Under the pieces are notes generated by a model. It was not told where the DNA came from. It searched no databases and saw nothing but the letters and a program-made list of their open reading frames with translations. The position numbers were made by a program, and so were the translations under genes. Shown piece after piece: positions 1 to 14,658 of a stretch of DNA of 64,000 bases. How positions within the stretch are numbered: the stretch's first letter is position 1; each line of letters begins with the position of its first letter. Origin of the DNA: the human T2T-CHM13v2.0 reference genome, Homo sapiens; the NCBI RefSeq assembly GCF_009914755.1, contig NC_060936.1, one strand, 5' to 3'.

Positions 1-134
1 TTGATTTCAGTACAGATGTGATTTCCTCTGGGAAACATTTCTTATGCCTCAAGAGCAGCTTGACTTCCCTGTGTGGCTATGGCCTCCTGTGCTTATCTGT
101 ATCAAGTAACGTCTTGCAATTATTTACCCGTATC

Positions 135-366
135 CCAGTTTCTTAACAGTGGCATTGACATTCTGGATTAGCTAATTCTTAGTTGTGGGGGACTGTCCAA
201 CAAATAAGTTATTTGGCAGTATTCCTGGCCTCTACCCCCTAGATGCCAGTAGTACTCACCCTTTTCCTTCCTCCCACCTGTATAGTTGTGTTTGCCAAAA
301 TCATGTCTCCAGACATTGTCTTATGTCTCCTGGGGGCCAAAACTGCCTCCAGGTGAGAACCACTGA
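135..366 (-). mobile_element. MER20 (hAT-Charlie DNA transposon)
   Basis: ...ctagatgccagtag...tgtctccagacattg...gagaaccactg is the reverse complement of the MER20 consensus. Confidence 0.85.
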
Positions 367-877
367 CCTAGAAAAATGTATCATTTCCTAACAATTGCCC
401 TACCTCTGGACATTTAGGTTGTTCCCATGTTTACTACAGATTTGAGATTAATGTTATATGCGTGAATCATCAATAATTCCAAAAAGTGAACTAAAAGGGT
501 ACATAAATCATACCAATCTTACATTTCCGTCTGTAGTTCCTGCATAGTAGATTCACCGTAACTTTTCAGTACTGAGCTTTCTCACATTAAAAAATACAAG
601 GTCCACTCATTACAATTTTAAAAAAAATGAAACTCTTCTGGTTTATTTCGCTATCAGTGAGGATGGGCATCTTTTGAAGTATTTTACTTAATGTCTTTGT
701 TTTTTAAATGGCTAGACTTCAAACTCTTCCAAACTCACAAAAAAATTCTAACACTTCTCAATTAAAATTCAAATGTTAGTGTTTACCATGTACAGTACTG
801 TGGTCAGGGTACTAGGTGATAGATACTATAGTAAAAACAGAAATGGTGTCTGCTTTGAGAGTTTACATTCTAGAGAG

Positions 878-1085
878 GCATGGTCCAATATGATAGCCAC
901 CAGCCACAAGTGGTCATTGAATACTTGAACTGTGGCAAGTTCAAATTGAGAAGTGCACTGTAAGTGAAAAATAGGTGCTTGGTATGGGGAAAAAATATGA
1001 AATACCTAACTTTATACTGGCATGTCCATATGATAGGTTAGATATACTGGGTTAAATAAAACATGTTTCTGAAATTAATTTTGAA
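878..1085. mobile_element. MER33/MER3-like hAT element
   Basis: gtccaatatgatagccaccagccac...aattgagaagtgcactgtaagtg...gggttaaataaaa. Confidence 0.65.
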
Positions 1086-1156
1086 TATACATATATATTT
1101 TTTATATATTGAAAATATCTTTTAACCAGTCAAGTGACTCTCTTAATATATTTTAA

Positions 1157-1560
<404 letters not shown>

Positions 1561-1669
1561 CAAATAGTTTTTAAACTGTTCAAAATATTTAAAAAACATG
1601 TATGTAAAAGAACCTTGAAGTAACATTTATCAGCCACACCAGTTTCACAAAATCAGGTATTGCTACCTA

Positions 1670-1749
1670 CTAGGTTGGTGCAAAAGTAACTGCGGTTTTT
1701 GCCATTAAACGTTAAAATGGCAAAATAAATAACTTTTGCACCAACCTAT
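1670..1749. mobile_element. MADE1 mariner-derived MITE (palindromic)
   Basis: taggttggtgcaaaagt...acttttgcaccaaccta terminal inverted repeats, 80 bp, TA flanks. Confidence 0.92.
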
Positions 1750-2476
1750 TAGTATGTATCAAACTGTAGAAAATTTCACTTTTAATTTTAAAAAATCTAA
1801 CATTTATTTTGATGCTTACACTACAGTTTTACTCTAAATTAATGTTCCTTAAGTTAAATCACATTTAAGCAAAAAATTAGAAACTGGTTGGTTTCTACTT
1901 CCCCTATCAAGTTAAAACTCATTTACTTACACTTTTGTACTTCAGAAATGTGTCATCTCTACTTAAGGACACTACTATACAATAATCACAGCTATGAAGA
2001 ATGAGATGAATCTAATGTATTAAGATGTCATAGATGATGTGAAAAAAGGCAAGTTATAGAATAGTGCATAAAGCAGAAACTATTTTACAGCCACATTTGT
2101 GTGTTCCTGTATGTACATGTGCATAGCACAAGACTGGGAAGAAAAATACCAAGTGTTTTTTAGTTGTAGATGGTGAGGAAGTTCTTTCATATTTCACATA
2201 ATACACTTTTAACTCTTCTGTATTTTTTTATTGTTTCAATTGGGACATTTTTTAATTTACAAAAAGAATTTTAAAAACACGACAAAGATTGCCAATAAAT
2301 ACATTTTCATCACAAATTTAAAGGAACTTTTAAACTTTCCTCAGAAGCCATCATCTCCACAATCTTTTAAAACCTTTTATGATTGTGACAAAAAAAAGTA
2401 TAAAAATTAAAATATACAAAACTGAAAACTGTTCGACTGTAACATTTCAGAGACTTATTTATTAAATTTTCTTTAG

Positions 2477-3076
<600 letters not shown>

Positions 3077-3755
3077 TACAGAGACCAGAGACTTTTAAAA
3101 GCAAAACTAGTTCCTGTGATGGAAAAGGGTGCTCTTCTCTAGATCTGAAATTTGACCCGACTGACAATTATAGGAAATACTTGGGTCAGTAAAACAACAC
3201 ATGGTCTGTTGCCCACCGAGCAGCTATCTTCCAAACTCCCTACAAACTCCTACCCACTAACTTCATCCAGAACCTGGAAGTTGTTCCCCTTTTTCCGAGC
3301 AGCTATTCATCAAGGGGAGATCATTTTTAATTTCAAGGGCAGGTCTTCATGGTCTGAGCCAATCATAGGAGCTTTATTCCCTTTGAAAAGTGATTGCTTT
3401 GGAGATAATACACATTTTGCTGTGGCCATGAGAGCAAGTGAATGGGGGCAGGTGAAACCTTCCTCTTATAAAAAAGAAAAAAAAAAGATATTTCAGCCTC
3501 TTATCATCCACCACCTGGAACCTTTGTGGTCACTTTGGAGCCATAAGGGGAGACATCAGACTCACTTGTTAAGAATGGCAATGAAAGGCAGAAGGTACTA
3601 AGGCTCTTGATGACACTGTTCAGCTGCTGAATTAGCCAATCTAGGAACTGCCCTCCACCTAGACTCCTGGTTCTCAAGCACCTCAATCCCAAAGATTCTA
3701 CAACTGTTTTTGATTGCTAAAATAATCCAGACATATAATTTGAGGAAATAAAACG

Positions 3756-3776
3756 TTTATTGAGTAAATGTTTATT
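3756..3776 (-). terminator. Tandem AATAAA polyadenylation signals of GXYLT1
   Basis: tttatt at 3756-3761 and 3771-3776. U/GU-rich sequence follows the predicted cleavage site at ~3740. Confidence 0.75.
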
Positions 3777-4383
3777 TAGTAACAGCAACACATAGTTTCT
3801 CAAGAAGAGGATGAACTGAAAACTCCTCTAAGGCAGGACGAAGCAACTTTCCATTATTCTTAGTTTAGACCAGAATCTTTAATTTTATATTCTCCTTTAA
3901 TAACTGTCAAAATACACCAAATACTTAGAGGAAAATATTCACAGTATACCAAAACATTTTAAGATAAAGAGCAGTGTAAGAGTAGTATTCTCTACATACC
4001 ACAGTATACAATGATGCCTTCCTGCAGGTTTAGAACTATTACTACTCAAAATATTAATACATTTATGCAAAATGATTGAGAAAATTGAAATACCTGCAAC
4101 CTTTTCCAGTTTGACTTCAGGAACAGGTGCAAACCACCATCCTCTTCACAGATCTTCTGTTACGGCAACCATCAAAAACCATTGGTTCAGCTCTCAAATA
4201 CTGATGACAATGCATGTGATGCATGCGTGCTCTGCTAAGTTTTGAACAGATAACATATTCTACAGCAATGCTCAAGCCCTGGATTATTTTTGCCTGACAA
4301 AAATAATATTCCAATATTCCCTGAAGAGGTTTTATAAAAAGGTTGAAAATGGCTGTTTTTCATAGTCAAAGCCAATTTCCTTT

Positions 4384-4673
4384 ATTTTTTGAGACAGGGT
4401 CTCGCTCTGTCACCCAGGCTGGAGTGCAATGGTGCAATCTTGGCTCTCTGCAGCCTCAAACTCTTGCACTCAAGCAATCCTCCTGCCTCAACTTCCTGTG
4501 TAGCTAGGACCGCAGGCAAACACCACCACATCTGGATAATTTTTTAATTTTTTTGTAGAGATGGGGTCTCACTTTGTCACCTAGGCTGGTCTCAAACTCT
4601 TGGGCTCAAGCGATCCTCCTGCCTCGGCCTCCCAAAGTGCTGGGATTACATGCATGAGCCACCACACCCAGCC
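4384..4673 (-). mobile_element. AluJ inside the GXYLT1 3'UTR (sense to the mRNA)
   Basis: Full Alu dimer. Confidence 0.92.
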
Positions 4674-7600
4674 AATTTACTTTTTAATAGAATATACACT
4701 GTTGAATTCTATCTTCATGATTTTTTACAAGAGGTTGCTATAGTGTGCTATGTGTGTAAATATTCAGATCCTGTATATAAACTAATCAAAGGCTCCATGT
4801 CAGTTCTTAAGTTTGATATTTAAATGTCTGACCAGGGACCCTCCAAATAGTATTCACAGTATTAAAGGTGAGATAAATTTTCATTTCTATTTTTTCCTAT
4901 CTTTTCAAAGTCCCATTAAACATCTGAAATTATTGGTAGAAATGAGGTGATAATAAATATTTTCTATTTAAGTCTGACATTGATTTGCAATCCATTTTAA
5001 ACTGTTACATCTAATATGCTATTCTGTTTTTCTCATGAGTCTTTAATTGCTGGATATTTGAATAACACATTAATTTTTTAAAAAAAAATTTTCTGGTACC
5101 ATTTTTAGACTTCTGTCTTTATATAATTTAGTTTGTAAAACCTAGTTTCATGTTTAATGAATTAAGAAACAACATCAGAACAGTTTAGCCAGATTTTAAT
5201 AGGCAAAAAAGGGTTGCTTTGGCAATGGATAAAAGAATAACTGTTATAATACAAATCTTTATTTAATCTACTTTATTAAATATTAAAATGCAATAAGGCA
5301 ATTATTGTTTTTAAGACACTTGAAATTGCATTTAATAAATGGATAACTGGCCCCACACCTGACATATTGCACCCCTACTTTTCTTCTCTACTCTAAGGAA
5401 CCAAAAAAATTATTTTAAAAAACAAATCAGTGGTCTTTCTAAAAACATCTCAAAGAGGTTCTGACTACTACTAAGGTATTTATTAAATACAAATATCTGA
5501 AAAATAAGACAGCCAATAATATCTTTTAAGGTATTTCTGCTGTCTTTTGTTCTCTTAAATCTACTCAGAATGGTTCAACTGAAAGTATCCCAACTGAGGA
5601 ATAAATAGGTGTAATTTATTGCTTAATTTGCCATCCAAGGCAGGGCAGTGATTCCCAAACCTGGCCTCTCGTCAGTATCATCTGCGAAAACTGCTGCAAC
5701 ACATTCCTTGGCCCCCTTCAGACCTAATGAAGCAGTCCCCTCCACTTCCAACCTCCACTGGGGAATATGTAGTTAGTCTTGCAGTCTAACACTTGGGATG
5801 GCTAAAACAATAAAGTTAAAAAGGAAGATACTTGTATTTCCACAGGTCCTAGCTCACAAACTGGGATCCACTAAAAAAAAAAGACATAAAATGTTGAATT
5901 GGCACTAAATGATCAGTGAGTAGGGTGATTGGGAAACAACTCTAGTACTAACAAACCAAATACAGCAGGCCCTGCTGCCCCATTCCATGGAAGTCAGCAC
6001 CTTTCCTGACCCCAGAGAGCCCAGGCAAGCAAACTGATGTAGTGTGAGGGCTACAACTCAAAAAGTAAATGTTTCCACACCATTTCTCTCCATCTCTACT
6101 TCTCAATTTTCCATACACTCATTCCATCTTTTCTCTTACTCTGCCCTTTGCCATCCCCATTCTTACTCCTTTCTCTTTCCTCACCCCTTTTCTCACTTCC
6201 TCTCTTTTCCTTCTTTTTTGATTTAGTTACATCATTCTTTTCTTCTCTACTTTCTCTTCCTGAAAAACTCTTCCTTACATAAACAAATTCATACTGGAGA
6301 TATATGTCAGAAAACATTCAGCCTGAGTAAACTGAACGCTCTGTACAGAAAACAACGAACAAAACAGAACTTCAACAGTAACACTGGCGTGGCATAATAT
6401 AAGCCACGCAAAATGCTTCCAAATCCATTATCTCTTCTGAGTTTCATCTTGTGAGGTTTGAAGGGTACACTGATTGTACTTAAAAACCTAAGGCACAGAG
6501 AAGGGTAAATAACATGCCTGAGTTACTAAAAAGAGAATCCAGATCTAGTTCAAAATCTGGTCTTCTTTTCACTATACCAATAACATCTGACTGGAGGCAA
6601 GATGAGAGAGCAATGAGTAAGCACTAATGTTATTTCAGGGCCTTAAAACCCTTATATATTATGAACTACTCTTCATTAGAAAAAAGTATGCATTTTCTTA
6701 AAGCATAAATCACAATATATATTTTTAAAGGTTTCCCAAGTTCTTTTCTACTTCATACAAATGAAGTTTGACTGCATTTTAAAGGCATCCCACTTTGGTA
6801 ATACTGTAGCCCAGAGATAGTTCTGAGGTCAGAATACATAGACTCAAATAATAAATCATGTAGTTTATATAAACTGCATAGATACACTATGTTTTATGAA
6901 AGACCATTTATATGAAGATGGAATACGTTCTCTAAGTTGTCCATCTATAATTTAACCTCTCATCAACTCCAAGAACTGCATTTCTTTAGAATTCAAAAGA
7001 ATTACCTTGTCTAAAGATAAATTCAGAAAATTCATTTAAAAATTATTATACATATTTTGTGATACCTTTAATTTTAGGTAGAAACAGTACCCAAAAGACA
7101 GTTTTCACTATAATTCAATTTATGGTAAAATGATCAATTAGGTCAGGTCTAAATAAACCAGATGAAGAACCTTCCAACTGATCCACAATGTAGTGTGTGT
7201 GACAGTGTAAATAAGCCACAACATGAGTGAGACCACAGCATACAGTCCAGTTGGATTAAACTGTGACCACGCTCTACACAAGTCCCAATCAATTAGAGCC
7301 CATGGGGCTGAGATTCTCCGTTCACTGAGGAAATTTTATCTTATCAAACTTACTAATATAAATTCATATCCTGTCATTAACCCCAAATGCTTCCTCTAAT
7401 ATTTCAAAATCACATTTATAATCCACCAAACGTGCCAAGAATTGTGGTATCCTAACTTGAACTTTCAAGTTGGCAAAATAATTTCCAGTGGTTCTCAAAG
7501 TAGCTAACATCAAAGTCATCTGAGGTGATTGTTAAAAACGAAATCATCATGTGACTTATATTCTGTTGATTCTAACAAACCAACTAGAAGATGATTTTTG

Positions 7601-9679
7601 AGATAATCAGGGAAATTTGCTTAAGGACTGGCTATGAGATGAAGCCGAAGGACTGCTGCTGCCTCTGTTAGGTGTGATATCGTGGTATCTACCCAAAGTG
7701 TTCACAGCAGTGAAATAACACAATGTATGGGATTTTAAGATACTTAAGCAAACAAAAAAATGACAAATGAAGCAAACATGGTAAGATAGTGATAAGTGTC
7801 AGATCTGGATGTTGAGTACCAATGCACTATTCTAGTTTTGTGTAATTTTTAAATTTCTTCATTAAAAATTGTTTTACAGACTCCCTCCTAGACACAGCAT
7901 GCCAGAGTCTCCAAAGGCCTAGCTCAGGAATCTATTCTTAAGCTCCCAACAAGAATCTTACATAGTCAGGCAGGCAATGATCATTATTTGAGGACCATTA
8001 GAAATGATCTAATACATACCCTCCAAACTTCACATTTTTAGTATTCTCATTTTCTACTCAGTAAGCTCAATTTCACAGTTTCTTATATTCACCATGGCAT
8101 TCTGCCAAGGAACTACAACTCGTGTTCTCTAAACCCATCTGTTCTAAGAATGCTGGACTGGTTATCAACTTCTAATGCACCCTGCTTAAACTTTCCTCTC
8201 TCAATTTGTCCCTGACTGAACTGCAGACGACAGAACAACTGTACTAACCATCTCTTTCTGCATATTCCATGTCTCCACAGAGGTCACTGTGTCTTCACAA
8301 AGCTAACTGCCACAATTTTCACAGGTTGTATTTTTCCTTCATGATTTTCCATTTTCTACTTGAGCATTAAAATATCAGGGAGAAAAAGAAGATAACCATA
8401 TAGATAATCATATTGTTGGTAAAATAAGATATGTGCCCCAGCATAGTATATGCTAAGTATTCAGAATCTATAGTTATATTAGCTAACAGGTCAAGAATGC
8501 CAAAGAAGTAATTTCTCAAGATTTAAAAAAATTAACTGTCTTAGGTGATATTCAAAAATGCACATCAACCCAATTAAAACCACATTTTCTACAGCTGGAT
8601 GTAACAATCTTATTCCAAATCATCCACTTAAGTTGTTTAACTTACTTAAAGTAAGGCTCTAGACATTTGCTTCTTCAAAAGTATCTTGCAAGGCCGTTAT
8701 GAGGTAGAAGACAAGTTTAAATGGACCATATTTTTCTACTCCATTGTAACTAAAATTACTACTCACAGGAAGTATATAGCTTATGCATTTTGGTCCATCA
8801 CACTTTCCACCATCATGAGTATACTCTTAAGGTTCTCACTTTACCATCAGCATAATATATTTTGCTTCCAGAATGCCCAGTAAAGCTGACGTTTTTCATT
8901 TAAAGTGATTAAAAAAAAATTCCCCAAATATCTATTTAACAATCTTAGATCTGAGTTTTGGCAAGACAGTTTAATGCATACAAAATGAAACACTACATTT
9001 CTCACTCTCTCTCACACACAAACACGCACACACAGATTAAAATCCCAAAGTTTTCACTATTTTTCCTCTACCTTACACAGCTCAATTTTTAACATGCAGC
9101 TTACTTGTAATCTAAAAATAATTTTAAACATGATTGTCATAAAAATATTTTAAAACAGAGATGAAATGTATAAAGGCACACATAGATTGTCAATGGTTAC
9201 ATCAGTTACATCACATTTCTTCAGAAACAACAGACCTGTTTCTGCTCCTGTAAACAAACTTTTTTCTCACACTTTTAAAGTGAGGTTAGTGCTGACATAA
9301 AATTATTGCTCTACTCACAGTCTTGAGTGTTGGCACTGTTTGAGGTACATTTTCTCCATCTACACACCCCTACCACTCTTGAGAGTATGAGTCAACAGAA
9401 GTCTGCAGGTTAAACCCATTCAATAGTATTTTCATCAATACTGGAATGATAGCAAGTAACATTACAAAACATCAGAGATAAAAAATGTTCAATGTTGAGG
9501 CCCAAGATTTTAACTTATTCTTCATTACCTGAAAATACTGCTTACTTAACTTCTTTAGGAAAAAAAAAATTATTCTGGAGATGAGTAATTCCTTCCTGAA
9601 TACTTCATCCAAGACGATTCCTTCACACTTATCTTCTGATTCTTTGTTTTCATCCATTTGATTAAGCAGTCACCAAGAA

Positions 9680-9841
9680 TCACTTTTCCTTTGGTGATCT
9701 GGCATAACGATCTCTTACACTTTTTGCTAGTTGTTTGATAAATATTTTGTAAATTTTTCCACAGTATGTATGCACTGTTTTTTGTAGTTCCAGTTCTAAA
9801 GGTTTTAATAAGGAACGGATGTTGTCATCTTCAAAAGAACA
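9680..9841 (-). CDS. GXYLT1: GXYLT1 last coding exon: CSFEDDNIRSLLKPLELELQKTVHTYCGKIYKIFIKQLAKSVRDRYARSPKEK*
   Basis: Acceptor TTCTCTAG|TGT, TGA stop at 9682-9680, frame continuous with exon 7. Confidence 0.96.
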   Translation of the reverse strand, partial: CSFEDDNIRSLLKPLELELQKTVHTYCGKIYKIFIKQLAKSVRDRYARSPKEK

Positions 9842-11074
9842 CTAGAGAAAGAAAATTTTAAAAAATAAAAAATTTAAAAGGCAAAGGTACATATGTAAGT
9901 TCAATTATTTTCCAAACTTCTTCAATCAGTTTAATATGAACGATCTCCATTTAACGTCTCACAGAAATTAGATGTTTAACAAATATTTTCAATAAATTAA
10001 ACAGAACTATTATCTCCCATTAAAGAAAGACAGCCATGGTAAATCTCCGGGGGAATCCTGGAGAACATGCGCAAGGGCAGAGAAGACTGAAATACTGGTT
10101 AAGAAGACAACCAAAAGCCCTACGAGTATCTCGGTGAAACTAATAAAAGGTGGACTGGCTAAAAGAAGAGCTTTACCACACACCACACCCGCGTCCCACC
10201 TTTTAAAAACCACTCTGGCAATAATACTGCTGAGGCTGGAATGGAAGGAAATGAAGTAAAGGCATATGGTGGGAGGAATGTAAGATGATAACATAGTTCA
10301 GCATGTCCCACAGAACCCTAACTGCACAGAAGGATCCCAACAATAAACACATTTGAAAACTGCTAAATATTAGGCACTCTTCATGGGGATTCAGACTAGC
10401 ACAGGAAAAAGTCTAAAAAGTAAAACAGAAAATAAATCTGTTGAGTGTTGTCTGACCTGTTTGTCCCAAGATATATTTTTGGCTAGAGTCCTTCTTTTAC
10501 TATAAAATATACTAATATCGAGAAATAAATTTTGGAAAAGGCTGTGGTAGTAAAGTGGAAATAATAAGTAATCTTTGTATTTTCAACCAGGTATTTTGTG
10601 ATTTAGTATTTTCAACTAGGTGTATTTTCAATTAGAAAGATGGATGGGGCTTAAAAGTAGAACATTTTATATGGAAGTTGAAGTTGGTGAAAAATGCAAA
10701 ATCACAAAGGAAATTCAGAACCAGAAATCTCCCAGGTTATCCCTGAGGTTCACTAGCACGCTGAGGGAGAGGAAATGAAAGAACCACCCCAAGCACACTT
10801 AGTGAGTCTGCAGGAAGCTGCAGTCAATCTACAGAGAAGAGGATGAACTTGGATGTTTGTTTAAAACATGGGTTTTGTCACTGTAGAGATGCAAAGAGAT
10901 CCTAAACTTTGGCATCTTTTGAGCAAGAAAAACTGTAAGCATTAACTGCATAAAACCATCACCCTTGGAGTGATTTTTAAAAATCAATCACACATACTCA
11001 AGATAAACGTCTAAAATTGTTTTGAAGATAAAAGTTTTAAAAAGAGATGGGGAAACTTAGCCAGGAACAATGTA

Positions 11075-11580
11075 ATAAAAATAACAATAGCACACAGAGT
11101 GCTTGCTACCTACATGCCAGGCACCATTCTAAGAGTTGTATATGACTGCATGTTCTCATTCATAGGTGAGAACTGAACAATGAGAACACATGGACACAGG
11201 AAGGGGAACATCACACATCGGGAACTGTTGTGGGGTGGGGGGAGGGGGGAGGGATAGCATTAGGAGACATACCTAATGTAAATGACGAGTTAATGGGTGC
11301 AGCACACCAACATGGCACATGTATACATATGTAACAAACCTGCACGTTGTGCATATGTACCCTAGAACTTAAAGTATAATAAAATATATATACATATAAA
11401 AGAGTTGTATATGTATTAACACATTTATAATATAGGTAATATTATCTCCATCTGACAATGAAACAACGAAGGCAAGGAGAGAGGATTTTCTCAGTTATAA
11501 ATGCAGTAAGTGGTTAAGCCAGGATTCCGTCCCAACAGTCTAGCTCCAAAAGTCCATGCACTTAATTAACCACCAGACAG
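11075..11580 (-). mobile_element. MIR, split by the L1PA fragment
   Basis: tacatgccaggcaccattcta...attatctccat...gtaagtgg...ccaggattc pattern. Confidence 0.6.
11145..11399 (+). mobile_element. 5'-truncated L1PA (L1PA4/5-like 3'UTR) inserted into a MIR
   Basis: L1 3'UTR with G-tract and a TA-rich decayed tail. Perfect 14-bp TSD aagagttgtatatg at 11131-11144 and 11400-11413. Confidence 0.93.
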
Positions 11581-14500
11581 CACTACTTATCCAAACATTA
11601 AGCAAACAACACCATGCCAAGTCAGTTCAAAAATCCTGTTGAAGGACGAAGCTCAATGAATGGTGGAAATCTGGGGAAAGTGCTGTATTGTAAACAGATA
11701 CACAAATTTGTTTGGGGTTAAAAGTGTAGCCAGGTTGAAGAAGGTAAACTTCACCAAGTGATACTTTCAAGAAATATTTCAATGTGCACAAAAAACACTT
11801 GAACAACTGGTTGAGTGGCAGAAAATTATGGGAAGCCCAAACTACTATGATCATTATTTTTACTATATGACAATAAAATGAAAGCATTTAAGAATAGAGG
11901 AAGACTATTGATTCCCAGGAGTATGTAGTACTCGAGATTAAGTTTCTTTGTTTTCATGTGATTCAAATCCCAGTGTTTGTGGTTAAAAAATGTTTTCTTC
12001 TTCACTGGAAAAAAAAAAGCCATTTGATGAATATTTTCTTAAATAAAAACAGTGTCTCATTAGTTAGACCTCTTTCTGCCCATCATATGAAAAAAGCAAT
12101 CTGACCTCTAAGGAAGAAGATAAATTTCCAAAATTTCCACCTATATAAACATAGCCTAAAGACACTGCATTCTTCCATTTACATAATCTGCAGTGCCTGC
12201 ATATTTGTACAGTACATAACCTACATCTAGGTGTCCCTTTCCCAGAGGCCACACGTGCCCTTACCTGACTCCAGACCTCTTTTTATACTATATACTATGC
12301 CTGACTTATCCTTACCTTTTCTTCTCTGCCTGGTACTCATCATCCTTACAGCTTAGTTCAAATGTCAGCTCCTCTGAGAAGCCTTTCCATGTACAGTTAA
12401 TCGTTCCCTCTTTTCAGTGGCACAGGGCCCAGTACACTGATTTTTAGGAAGCTCATGCTTTATACTGTCAGTTGAACGACATGAAATAGTGAAGCTGTGA
12501 TGACCATAATTAGGCAATTTGAGGTATTTTCAAAGAATAGTACATCTTTGGAAAATACAGGAGAATGGCAGTTCAATCCAACAAATCCTAAGTGTTCACT
12601 ATATGCAAGTCAGTACTATGGGAAGGAAAACATTCAAGACTGCTTTGCAGAGAGTTTTGCAAATATAAGCAAGGTGTAAAGTAAATCAAAGTTAACACAA
12701 AACATCAAGAAATATAATTCAGAATGAAATGCATGATGCAGAAAATACCTTATAGAGCCATAAAATGTTTTGTTCTGATTTTGAATTTGTAATTTTTAAA
12801 CATTTTTATTCACTCAACAACTAATATTTAACAAATATGCATGGACTATAAAAACAGATTTGCTGGTAGACATAGCCATGAATTCACACTTTAAAGATGG
12901 TTCACATCCTTTATAATTCATACTGTTCACTGCATTCCATGGCTATGACTAAGCCTCTGTCTGAAACTTGCATAAATATCCTTGTCTGAATACAATTCTT
13001 TTAAAAATTACACTTCTTACTGAATTACAGATAAGGAAATATAAAAACACTAAGCAGGAGCATCATAAAAGACAGATTAACTTCATTAAGTTGAAAAATG
13101 AATAAATGTAAGCTGTAGTTAACACAGACCCAAAACAAACACAGAAGATAATTAATCATCTGAAATCCTTTTAAAAATAAGATTTTTTTAAAAAAAAATC
13201 AAGTGTAATTAATCAACTTAAAACTATTACTCGTATTTTTAAAGGTACACACTTATAAACCAAAGAAAAGATCAAATAAAACCAGGGAAACTTAATTCTC
13301 TAATAGTAGATTTTTTTTAATACTCAAAGGAAACAAAGGAAATCTCATTTTTATAGGAATGCATTTCTTTTCTATCCTGCAAAGTCTCAGAACCCCACAA
13401 GCACTTTTCTTCATTTTTATCACCTTCTGACAACCCATAATAAAGCATTATTAAAATACAGTATTAATTTCTGAAGGCATACAAAGCCTGCTACATTAAA
13501 ATGAACATCAACACTAAATTTTATAATTCATCAGTGAGTATAGTCATACCATGATAAACTGATTGTTTAGAAGCTGTATCTGTCAAGTTTATAGGACAAG
13601 AAACTTAGCTACTAATACACTAGAACTGTAGCCTACAATGCTGTTAGCATTTTGTCTACCACCAAGTTTAAGAAACAGATTTCTGGGAGAAAACTTTAAT
13701 TCCTTTTCATGGTAGATCATCACCTTAACATGGCATACCACCTCCACATCCACTTCATTTCGGCCCCTGCTGACTTTCATCCATCACTCCAGTCACACTG
13801 AACAGATGGATGCCTGACCTCTCCGTGGATCTTTTCACAGCCTCTGAACCTTTTTCTCAGGCAGTTGTCAGCCCAGACTGCCTCCACCCACCTGGAAAAC
13901 TCTTACTCATTCTTCAGGGCCCACTTCAAAAGCCTCCTCTTCAAGGAGGCATTCCCTGGCCCTTCAAGGCAAAACTGAGACACTCTTTCACAGTTCTAGA
14001 ACAATCTCTGTCACCATGGATTATAGTGAAGTGTTTTTATTCTCACTGCTATTGATGAGGCTACATAGACCAGAGGATTTCAGTCACTAACAAATAATGA
14101 GAACTTAGGAAACGGGGGTCATCAGCTTTTCTCCTGACCCCCACATTTAAACTAAAGTAGCACTCATATTATTTGCTTTGTTTCCACCCACGTAAGATTA
14201 AACAGTGTAGTAGAACAGACAGCATATCTAAATGAGAGTTGAGTGATCACATGTATTAATACTTCTTCCTTAGTAGCAGTGAAATAGCTAACATGGATAG
14301 TGATACAGCTTGTTAAGTAACAGCATAAATCCAAACCTCCCCTGGATTTGCCCCAAGTCTTGGTCCTTAACATTCACAGAGATCTGGTTCATGCATCCAC
14401 CTAGAGGTATATGAAGTATTAATCATGTCCCCCATCAATCCACCCCAATTACATAAAAGGGGACTAATAAGAACAAGAAGAAAAGAGAAAACAGACAACT

Positions 14501-14658
14501 GGGGGATGGGGGAGAGAGGGGCAGTATAATTTTTTTCCAAACTCATTATAAAGCAAATGCTTAAAAGACAAAACTTTATTTACAAAAGCAACAAAAAGAC
14601 AATACTTAAGCATAAACTTAAGTTATATTCAAAACCTGTAGCAAAAAAAACTGTAAAG

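Larger units (their letters stand above)
3740..9679 (-). other. GXYLT1: GXYLT1 long 3'UTR (~5.9 kb)
   Basis: AU-rich, comparatively repeat-poor stretch from the stop codon to tandem AATAAA signals. The length agrees with my recollection of the long mRNA. The exact end is inferred. Confidence 0.75.

Noticed and set aside
3152-3601. 149-aa plus-strand ORF
   Set aside because: Non-ATG (TTG) start, includes an A-run and MLT1-like LTR sequence, and has no recognisable domain.
3740-9679. Inverted-repeat Alu structure in the 3'UTR
   Set aside because: There is only one Alu in the UTR, and the downstream Alus share its orientation.
10578-10636. Repeated tattttcaa motifs, and the 12-bp duplication at 51172-51195, as an array or CRISPR-like structure
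   Set aside because: Short slippage duplications with no regular repeat-spacer organisation, in a eukaryotic context.
12749-12774. Possible 26-nt microexon (CAG|...AAG|GTATTT)
   Set aside because: No polypyrimidine tract and a weak donor, which is expected by chance.
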